NCBI GenBank assembly: GCA_009859145.1
Contig: VRVR01000043.1
Coordinates: 184,392 to 248,391, forward strand
DNA length: 64,000 bases
DNA from: Andalucia godoyi And28
Taxonomy: Eukaryota > Protista > Jakobida
Direction of reading: 5' to 3'
In this document: positions 11,622 through 21,258 of the stretch, one piece after another
How positions within the stretch are numbered: the first letter of the stretch is position 1
How the letters are laid out: each line of letters starts with the position of its first letter
The notes under the pieces: model-generated
The model's database searches: none
What the model was told of the DNA's origin: nothing
The model's input: the letters and a program-made list of their open reading frames with translations, nothing else
Position numbers and translations under genes: made by a program

Positions 11622-12219
11622 CTCGAATGGATACGGTCATGACCGTGACCAAGGTTCTGAGGCGTCAAAGTTGCTACTTCCGAGTACTGCTGCTGCTGGT
11701 ATTGCGTCTAAGCAGGATGCAGCTGCCGTTGCTGGTGCAAAGAACAAGGTGATTGGAGCGTTTTGCTGCTCGATGACGGGGCTGCTGGCAGGTACAACAA
11801 TGATTCCTGCGCGATTCAATTCAGACGCGTCCATCAACTTTGTTGCGTCGTTTGGGATTGGAGTGCTGATTGTCACGCCGATTGTGGCGATAGTGTGGTT
11901 CACAACGCGGTACATCATGCTCAAGAAGAAGGGACAGGCACACTTGTTTAAAATCGAATTTCACCCCAAGGAAGCTGCGTTGCCGGGCTTGTTGTGCGGT
12001 GTGCTGTGGAGCATAGGAAATGCAGGAGCGACGATTGCCGTGATGTCGCCGTTGGGACTCACCATTGGTTATCCGCTATCCCAGGTTGCCATGGTGGTTT
12101 CAGGGCTTTGGGGAATCGTGGTCTTCCGAGAAGTGCGCGGCTGGAAGCACATTTCCATGTTTGCTGTCTTTGCCATGGTCGTCCTTGGAGGAGCTGCATT
12201 ATTAGCCCTGTTTGGATGA
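11098..12219 (+). CDS. TMEM144: TMEM144-like drug/metabolite-transporter superfamily membrane protein
   Basis: 373 aa with ~10 hydrophobic segments in two halves. Motifs GYLAVVTAILFFGSFATPLK, GLGVAQGTWSG, GLLCGVLWSIGN and GYPLSQVAMVVSGLWGIVVFREV are typical of the TMEM144/GRP sugar-transporter-like family. Confidence 0.82.
11551..11622 (+). repeat. Perfect (TCTGGC)12 coding repeat giving an (SG)12 linker in the central loop
   Basis: Twelve exact hexamer copies counted in the sequence. Confidence 0.95.
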
Positions 12220-12323
12220 CAGCGCTTTTCCGGCCCCTTCATGTACCATGTTGTTTATTGTTCTCTGGCGCATGTACGTTTGTCTTTTCTTTTAATATTA
12301 ATATCATTATTGTTTTGCTGTTG

Positions 12324-15300
12324 TTATTCGGGATTCAATGGCTTCCGGCGATGCATGATGATCTTCCTCAATGTTGTAAAGATCATCGCTGCAACAGTAA
12401 TCAGACCCACCAGCACATTGACACACACGGCTCCCGCTTGCGCGATCGAAATAATGTAGATGGTCGTCTCCATCTGTGCCGAGGTTCGGCCTAGATAGGC
12501 CACTGGGAATGTCGCCATGAGCGTTCCAAGGTCAAAAATCGAGTTGAAGAAGAAGAGATACTTATCAGTGGCATCGTGAAAAGGCTTCTTCACGGCAGCG
12601 AGCCCTATGCGCAAGAAGTCAACAAGACAGACGAGAGACAGCTGGAGAACAGGGTCGATGGCACAATAGTCACCGACGACCACAATGCAGGCATCCAGGA
12701 GTGTGCACAAGATCATCCATGCATCGAACCACAATGCATGCGACGCATACGGCTCAAAATACAGCGCGGTGAAGGAAACCCGTTTTTGACACTGCTCTGC
12801 CGTCGTTGTCGTTACATCGCTGCTGGATTTGGCGGCCTGCATCCGATGCCAGACAGGCATGGCAATCAAGAAGCCAATCAGCGCTGCAGCAAGGCACACC
12901 AAGCTCAAAAACGACTGAAATACGGCAGACGTGTTGAACAGCAGTTGCACAAGTCCAGTGACAAAGAGTGGAAAGAGAACAGCGGTCAGCATGCTCAGTG
13001 TGATCATGTACAGTAGTCGGTACATGAACCCCAGCACAAGTGCTCTTCGTCGCGAGCCCTCCGATGATGTCTTGTTGCTGCCATCGGGAGGAGCAGCAGT
13101 AGCGGTGGTAGTAGCAGCAGCAGTTGTCGTTGTTGCGGTTGGGGTATTACCGTGTTCACTCTTGGGCATGCTCCCCATCGCACAGTCGTCTCGCACAATG
13201 AACGATGATTCATATGACATCGTGGAAGAAAGCGATGTCGGCTCGTCAAATCGGAGCCTGTCTATGATGTCTCCATTTCCATCACGACCACTAGTGTGAT
13301 CAGTGTCGTCCGTCAGCTCACAGACTGCATATGGATTATCATGAAATGTGACCCGCGAGCGCTCTTTGAGAAACCCCCGCTTTGCAAAAAGCCTTCCTTT
13401 CTGCGTCTGAGCGTTTGCAATCTCTTCCAGCACCGCAGATAGCCGTTTCATGTCAGCTGGAGAAATGCCAGAGCTCGTTCGAGATCGTGGGGGTTGAGTT
13501 TGGGGTTGAGTCTGAGTTTGGGATTGAGATTGAGAGTCTATGGAGCCCGAGTCGGCGCTGCCCTGATTCAGAGGAGAAAGCCTCGGAGTGCATCCACCTT
13601 GTCGAGCGACGCTAGGGGACGCAGGTGGAAATTGTGTGGCAAAGAGCTGAGATGGAGACTGAAGATAAGCGCCTGGAAGCTTCGACGACGCACCATCAAG
13701 GATCATCGGCGGAAGACGGTTTCTCGTACGTACGCCAATGAGCGGGGAGTCCGAGACGTGATCGAAAGACTCCGTCCGCACATCAACCAGTAGTCCTGGG
13801 CGAATCGCGGACGCCTCGCGATGCAGGGTCCGTTGCATTGGCGTCTGATCCTCAAGATCACCTGGTGCATTTTCGACTGGAGTGCTCGATTCGATAGGTG
13901 ATCTGGAGTGCATTAAAGGCGTAACAGAGGTCGACTTTCGCCCGAACGTCGCGCCTAATCGTAAGAAGCTCCTGAGCTTGGTTCGAAGGAACGACTGCCG
14001 GCGAGCGAGTTCTTTCACCAAGAATCCCTGAATGATGCGCATGATGAGAAACAAATTGAAAATAACAAACATCGAGAACATAAACGCAAGGAACAGCGAT
14101 TCAAACGACTCGCTAAAGGTTCCATGCGCGTTCTTCAAGAAGATCTTCAGGCTGGAATCCGTTTCGTAGTCCACTTCCTGTGTTGCATATCCAATTGGAT
14201 CCCCGACGTCTCGGAGGAATCCGATTTGGAAACCAAACAAGATCACGCTGAATCCTTGGACAAACACCTCGATGTACCACAGCGGAAACTCCACTCGCAG
14301 ACATGCAAAACGAACAAGGTTTTGAATTGCGTCCAGGACTTGCAGCGACGAGCCGGATGCAGAGGACGACGCTACGGCTGACGATGCGGCAGCTCCCGAA
14401 ACCGCTTGCGATGCATCTCCGTAGGAATCTCCGCCCACGGGAGGCAGCTTATCCGGGATAGTTGGAGGAGGCGCAGGAAGCGGAGGAGGAGAGGGAGTTC
14501 CCTGCGGAGGATCACAGGACGGTAGCGTCGCATTGTCGTTGTTGCACACATCACACGCTTCTCCCTTGAATCGTGGGTCGCATACACACAGGCCCAGAGG
14601 CGAACAGTAGCCGTGCCCGGAGCACGTCGTATTCGACTGGCAGAATCTTGAACACTGACTCACGCCATCACTGTTGTTCATAGAGGATACTTGTGGAAAC
14701 AGATTAGCCCGACACACGTTGCATTGGCTGCCGGTAAAATTCAAAGAGCACTTGCACGAGCCATTCAGGTTGCAGATCCCGTGACCTGAGCAATTGCTGA
14801 CGGGATCACAGTATACATTGCAAATCCCACTCGGGTAGCGATTTGAAAGACACGCAGTGCAGTTCGACGACCGAGCGGAAGTGGCCGTACCAAAGCCTTC
14901 TGGGCACGCGATGCATGTGAAATCCGTTTCAATTCCATTTGAATACGTGTTCACAGGACACTCAATGCATCTACTCTGGTCGTCACTCGGAGCAGTGCCG
15001 GGTTCGCACAGATGACACTGTGGCAGCGTCTGATTCGATATCGAGCCCAGTCGACATTTTACGCACGACGTCCTGTTCACGTTCGGTTCAAAGCCATCGG
15101 AACAAGAAACGCACCCTCCCACCATGGTCTCATTTCTCACCTTTCCAGATTCGCAAGCAGCACATCCGTCTCCCTGGCTGGAAATCTCCGTTCCAGCAGG
15201 GCATTGCAGACACAGACCTTTGAGATTCAAGTCCGAGCCGTTGTAGTAGTACGAATGTTCTGCACAGGGCACACAAAACGACTGGTTCAACGACGGTTCA

Positions 15301-18300
15301 AATCCAAATGAGCAGAACGTACAGTTGAATTGCGTTGATGCATTTGAATAAGTGTTGGTCGAGCAGCGAACGCACGAACCATTCGGCGCATGTCCAAAGC
15401 CGGAGTTGCACAAAACAGCAGCAGCAGGAACACTGCAATTCGAAGCACTACAGTTTTGCAGCGCCTCCGTTGCACTGGTAATGTTGCACGCACTACGATC
15501 TTCAATGCTTGACCAACCATCGGGGCAACGAGCACACAAGAATCCAGTGGAGGTATTCGAATAGAATCCTTGCGCGCACGCCATGCATCGAGATTGGTTG
15601 GCGGACGGCTGCTGTCCAGGTCCGCAGACACTGCAAATGAACGACGTAGAAGAGTTCGAATACGACCCGGCTGGGCAGGACACGCAGTCTGCTCGCTCCA
15701 TATTTGGTTCCGTACCAGAAGCGCAAGGAGCACATGACCCGTTCGACTGTGTGTGGCCAAGAGCTGAAAACCTCCCAAGGGGGCATGCTACGCACGATGT
15801 TGAGTACAAGGGCATGAATCCTGCTGGACAAAACGAACAAATGGGCACTGTTTCATTGGAAAACATGTTATCAGAACAAGAAACGCAAGCATCGTTCACG
15901 AGTTCTTTGCCAGCAGGACACCGGCTGCAAAGGATTGACGACAAGTTGAAGAATTCATGAGCACCGCAAACAACGGGAACACAGCGGGCACGATCTTCCG
16001 TGGCCAGGCTTCCGGGTTCACAAACGGCGCACACGTATCGGGATGACGCATTTGAGAATGAATTACCATCACATCTTTCGCACACGGATCTATCTGCCGA
16101 CGACTCGTGTCCATCTGGACAAGAAATGCAAAGGCCATTTGTGGATGAATTGGAGTACGATTCTCGCCCACAGAGAACACAAGCACTGTTGTCAGGCATA
16201 GGTTGGTGCCCCGTCGGACACTGAAGGCAAGAAAACGACGTGGTCGAATTGGAGTACATATTCGATGCACACGCGATGCAAGAACTTTGATTCTCGGAGG
16301 GCTCATATCCAGCAGAGCAGTAGTCGCAAACACCATTTGCAGAATCGTTAGAAAACATGCCTCTTGGACAACGTATGCAGTATGACCTGTCCAATTCGGG
16401 ATAAAGGCCCGGTGGACATCCCAAACAGACGAAACTGGTCGACGCATTGGAGTACATGTTGAGTGGGCAGACGGCACACGATGTGCGGTCGTCGCTCGGC
16501 TGGTTCCCCGGAGGGCATGCTGTGCAGACACCAGACGTTGATGCATTGGAGTACATGTTGAGTGGGCAGACGGCACACGATGTGCGGTCGTCGCTCGGCT
16601 GGTTCCCCGGAGGGCATGCTGCGCAGACACCAGACGTTGATGCGTTGGAGTACATGTTGAGTGGGCACACGGCACACGATGTGCGGTCGTCGCTCGGCTG
16701 GTTCCCTGGAGGGCATGCTGCGCAGACACCAGACGTTGATGCGTTGGAGTACATGTTGAGTGGGCACACGGCACACGATGTGCGGTCGTCGCTCGGCTGG
16801 TTCCCCGGAGGGCATGCTGTGCAGACACCAGACGTTGATGCGTTGGAGTACAGTGGTGAGTGGGCACACGGCACACGATGTGCGGTCGTCGCTCGGCTGG
16901 TTCCCCGGAGGGCATGCTGTGCAGACACCAGACGTTGATGCGTTGGAGTACATGTTGAGTGGGCACACGGCACACGATGTGCGGTCGTCGCTCGGCTGGT
17001 TCCCCGGAGGGCATGCTGCGCAGACACCAGACGTTGATGCATTGGAGTACATGTTGAGTGGGCACACGGCACACGATGTGCGGTCGTCGCTCGGCTGGTT
17101 CCCCGGAGGGCATGCCGTGCAAATAAAACTGGTAGATATATTCGAGAATAAATTGCTTGGGCACGGTTCGCAGAATTGCTGACTGGAGCTAGGCTGAAAG
17201 CCAGAGTCGCACAATGCGCATCGATTCATTGTGGACGAATTGGAGAATTGATTGGACGGACATGAGACGCAAGAGGATGCTCCAGCGGAGGGCTCTAAAC
17301 CATCTTCACAGGTCATGCAAATGCCGCTGCTAAGGACAGAATTGGAAAAACGTCCAGAGGGACAAGTCGAGCACGAAGATCGGTCTGCAGTAGGCTCTGA
17401 GCCGTTGACGCAGTATGTACAGACAAAGCCAGTGGAAGCATTGGAGTACTTGCCCAGTGCGCATTGCAAGCATGCTTCGACGGGAAAGAAAGAGACGGTT
17501 GACCCGGACGGACAGTCGTTGCTGCAGTCTCCTGTTGGATACCTGGCCAAACTGCACAGCGAGCAGTCGTTTGCTCCAGAGTGATTTGGATCGCACACAC
17601 ATTGTCCTGAGGCATTGCAAACACCGTGCGAGGAGCAGCTAATCTGTGCATCGCAGAACACATCGCATGATGCGCCATAGTAGTGATTCGAACACTGGGA
17701 GCAGTTCGCTCCCGCATATCGAGCTGGGCACGTAACCGAGACGACTTTGGTGTCGATGCTGACACCTGTAGGAAACCATTGGATTTGCGACCCCGATACG
17801 GCACGAGCAGACAGCGATGCCGTTCCTTGGCTGAGCCCCAATACCGGCACACTAGCAACCTTGTTTGTATTACTGATTGTCACAGATGGCACCTGAAACG
17901 TCGCCACTGTTGAATTCGACGATGCAAGCGAGAGAACAACCGTGCACGGAGCGAACTCGACAGAGCACGGAGACCGATACAGGGATATTTCGACAGTGTA
18001 TACAGATGCCTGGCCAGAAAGAGAGAGCACTCCTGCATTCACCGTCATGCTGATGATGTTTGTGACTGTGAGTTGGAGCACAGGTCGCAGCGACGCAGAT
18101 GCCAGCGGACTCCAGATAGACGCTGTGGTACTGCTCGCCGAGTGTATCCTCAATCCAAAATTGCGATTCGCAGATACAGTCCAGAACATTGCGGACGGCG
18201 TAATGTCCACAGTGATTGGAATGTTTGCAGTAGGAGACCCCGGAAACGCAGGAAGATTTCCCGGCAAAGCAGTGGCGGAAGGCTGGTTTGACCACGTTAT

Positions 18301-18681
18301 GCTTGACGAAGTCCAGCTCGATGTTACGTTGTACAACGTAAACGGCCCACCGCTGTTGTTTTCAAACGTAAAGATGAGCGATGCCGCCACGATGTACGAC
18401 GAGCTTGCAACACACTCAAACACATTTCGTACGCGGAAAACACTCCGAAGCTCGCTTATCAGCAGCGCACTGTCTCGCGCCTGCATCCTCGTCGTAATCG
18501 TGCTGCTCGACAGCAGCCCGTCGTCCACCTGCGCAAAGTCCATCGCAGATTGATCCAGCGGGAACTGGACCGTCGTCGTCGACTGAGCTCTTACGCAGTC
18601 ATGCATCAGCACCAGCAGTAGTACAGTGCACACAACACCGCAGCACCCAGTGCGGCTGTTCCGCTTCATTATCGCCACCAT
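12324..18681 (-). CDS. Large Cys-rich cell-surface protein (~2118 aa once corrected): signal peptide, DNRLRE/CBM96-like N-terminal domain, laminin/EGF-like and GCC2/GCC3-like CxxC repeats, multi-pass TRP/GPCR-like C-terminal membrane region; one +1 frameshift at ~16853
   Basis: ORFs 16348-18711 and 12324-17072 overlap within the 99-bp tandem array and encode the same repeat in different frames. First ATGs are at 18681 and 18669, followed by a hydrophobic signal (VVCTVLLLVLMHDCVRA). The C-terminal region has several TM segments with LYFEPY..WF and KKPF motifs. Confidence 0.85.
16447..17122 (-). repeat. Tandem array of ~7 near-identical 99-bp units encoding C(T/A)ACPPGNQPSDDRTSCAVCPLNMYSNASTSGV
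   Basis: Unit starts (ttggagtaca) at 16447, 16546, 16645, 16744, 16843, 16943 and 17042. All spacings are 99 except one of 100. Confidence 0.95.
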
Positions 18682-19426
18682 TATTCCATGGCCTTCGACT
18701 TTCTCGTTCACTTTTTTTCACTTCTTTTCCTTCTTCTTCCTCTTCTTTAGTGGATGAACGTGGTTTTTGGAGTCTGCGGGTTGTGCAACCCCGGGGTTCC
18801 CGAGTCCAGTCTGTTCTCAACTAGAAAGAATGAGGACCCAACAGTCAACACCTAACAGCGAATGCCGCGTCTGACTGCATCTCCACACCCACTGTGCCCG
18901 TGCAGTCGCTCACCAACAACACGTCCGACGATGCAGACCTGGTTTCCCTCGCTTACGACGCTCGAAGCATTCCGTCAGCACTTTGCCTGGACGTCGGTGG
19001 ACAAGCGATGCGACGGACTGACGACTATGTTTTGCAAAGTTTCCTCATTTCAGCATTCTTGTTTCAGCAGCAACCTCCGCTTTGCTCGGACGCACACTTG
19101 AAAAAGCACCTTACGGTAGGAATGACAACGGAGGAATGACAAATGACAACGGAAGAATGACAAATTGATGGAGGAGTGCTTTGTATTCTGCAATAGCATT
19201 TTGAAAAAACCCTGGGCGCACTTCGGGATAACTAACCCCCTGCTGCTGCAAATCAAACCAATGCAATGCACACTGGAGCGACCATGGACTTTTCAAGCGG
19301 TTTTCCCCCTCCATTTTCAATTATACGGATTCTTGGTACAATTCAACACTTATTATTATTATTAGAGCGTCGAATTCTGATTTGCTGTTATTATTATTAT
19401 TTAAATTTAGATTTGATTGTGGAATA

Positions 19427-20890
19427 ATGAGCTTGACGCGCGCAATCCGATCTGTTCGCGCATCGCGGCTGTCTTCGCTGTCCAGACGACCGGCGCCTTC
19501 ATTCTTGCACGGCACCAATGCCGTGATTTCCGATTCTCGTTCGTTTTCCACATTTCCATGTTTTCGCTCATTTCCGTTTTTGCAGGCGTTTTCAAACGTC
19601 GTTCCGTTCCTGATGGCAGACATCGGCGAAGGAATCACGGAAGTGGAGGTTTTGCAGTGGTATGTGAAAGAAGGAGACAAGATCTCGCAGTTTGATCGCG
19701 TGTGTGAGGTGCAGTCCGACAAGGCAACAGTGGAAATCACGTCGCGATACGACGGAGTTGTTTCTAAATTGCATTATAAAAAGGGGGATCTTGCGAAAGT
19801 CGGAAAGCCGCTGATTGATGTACAGGTCGAAGGGGCCGTGTCCTCGGAGCCATCTGCGTTTGATAGCAAGCCGGGGTCGTCCGCTCCAGCGTCGACAGCT
19901 CCAGGAGCGGGAATGCAGCAGCAGGAGGAGGAGGTGGCCGCAGAGAAGGGAAAGAAGGGTGAGATTGCCGGTGTTGGGAAGGCACTTGCAACTCCTGCAG
20001 TTCGTCGAGTTGCACGCGAGAAGGGCATTGATCTGAGCTCGATTCGTGGATCCGGACCGAATGGACGGGTTTTAGTAGAAGATTTAGAGTCGGCATCATC
20101 ATCATCATCATCATCATCATCGCCGGCGACGGCGGTGGAAAGCGGCAATGGTGCATTGTCGAGTGCGTTTGCAGCGTCGGCAGATGTAGTGATTCCAGTC
20201 CGTGGAATCACACGAACGATGATCAAGACGATGGAGTCGTCGCTTTCGATTCCTCATCTTGGATACTCGGACGAGATTGTCATGGACAAGTTGATTTCGG
20301 TCCGTTCTCAATTGAAAGATGCATGCCTGGAGCGAGGCGTGAAGATTACATACATGCCGTTCTTCATCAAGGCTTGCTCACTGGCCCTCTCCAAGTATCC
20401 GATTCTGAATTCGTCATTGACTGGATCGACAGAAGGCGAGCGAGTGATTGTGCAAAAGGCAGCCCACAATATTGGAATTGCAATGGACACACCCTCGGGA
20501 CTTCTGGTCCCCAACATCAAGAACTGCGAGTCAAAGTCCATCTTTGAGATCGCTCGGGAACTGAACGATCTGCAGGCGCTTGCCAAGGCCGGAAAACTGT
20601 CGTCGGCGTACTTAACCGGAGGGTCGTTTTCCATCTCCAACATTGGTGCAATTGGCGGCACGTATGCCCGCCCCGTGATTGTTCCGCCCGAGGTCGGCAT
20701 TGGCGCCATCGGCAAGATTCAGACACTGCCGCGCTTTGATGCGACCGGAAACATCGTCAAGGCTAACATTCTCAATATTTCATGGTCCGCCGACCACAGA
20801 ATCGTCGACGGCGCCACAATCGCAAAATTCTCAAACGCAGTCATTGGATTCATTGAAAACCCCGAAACCCTCCTCGTCGACCTCAAGTAA
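19427..20890 (+). CDS. DBT: Lipoamide acyltransferase E2 of branched-chain 2-oxoacid dehydrogenase, mitochondrial
   Basis: Lipoyl domain (ADIGEGITEVEVLQWYVKEGD...CEVQSDKATVEITSRYDG), E3-binding ATPAVRRVARE and catalytic SADHRIVDGA. Arg/Ser-rich presequence from ATG 19427; the listed 19382 start is non-ATG. Confidence 0.95.
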   Translation: MSLTRAIRSVRASRLSSLSRRPAPSFLHGTNAVISDSRSFSTFPCFRSFPFLQAFSNVVPFLMADIGEGITEVEVLQWYVKEGDKISQFDRVCEVQSDKATVEITSRYDGVVSKLHYKKGDLAKVGKPLIDVQVEGAVSSEPSAFDSKPGSSAPASTAPGAGMQQQEEEVAAEKGKKGEIAGVGKALATPAVRRVAREKGIDLSSIRGSGPNGRVLVEDLESASSSSSSSSSPATAVESGNGALSSAFAASADVVIPVRGITRTMIKTMESSLSIPHLGYSDEIVMDKLISVRSQLKDACLERGVKITYMPFFIKACSLALSKYPILNSSLTGSTEGERVIVQKAAHNIGIAMDTPSGLLVPNIKNCESKSIFEIARELNDLQALAKAGKLSSAYLTGGSFSISNIGAIGGTYARPVIVPPEVGIGAIGKIQTLPRFDATGNIVKANILNISWSADHRIVDGATIAKFSNAVIGFIENPETLLVDLK

Positions 20891-21143
20891 AAAATTTGCG
20901 CAAGTCTCAACCCGCAAGTCTCAACCCGCAACATCTTTTCCCCATTTTTTTTCGGGCACTTTTTAATTTTTACAGTCGAGTTTCAATGTGTCTCTTTGAC
21001 GGATCGCAAATTCTGAAAATCTCCTATCTCTGCATTTCGTTTCTTCACTAAAAAAAATATTAAAAATCAAATTATTTTCACTGATTTTATTTGAATTGTT
21101 TTTGATATATTTTATTGTTAATTGTTGTTTGAAGGGTTTTTGG

Positions 21144-21172
21144 GAAAGAGAGAGGGGAGAGAGGGGAGAGAG

Positions 21173-21251
<79 letters not shown>
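21144..21251 (+). repeat. (GA)n microsatellite abutting the start codon of the BTB gene
   Basis: Long GA run ending immediately before the ATG at 21253. Confidence 0.95.

Positions 21252-21252
<1 letters not shown>

Positions 21253-21258
<6 letters not shown>

Noticed and set aside
16447-17122. CRISPR-like or programmed-repeat reading of the regular array
   Set aside because: The units are contiguous 99-bp coding repeats with no unique spacers and translate as the host protein's CxxC repeat. No cas genes are present.
15896-17164. 422-aa repetitive ORF MPSGEPAERRPHIVCRVPTQHVLQ and plus-strand ORFs 16447-16938 and 16760-17182
   Set aside because: These are alternative frames of the 99-bp array, open only because the unit lacks stops in those frames.
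19382-19426. ORF-track N-terminal extensions from non-ATG starts (also 8541, 18711, 25441, 25992, 50670, 57104)
   Set aside because: These start at TTG/GTG/CTG-type codons in low-complexity UTR sequence. An ATG start was used instead in each case.
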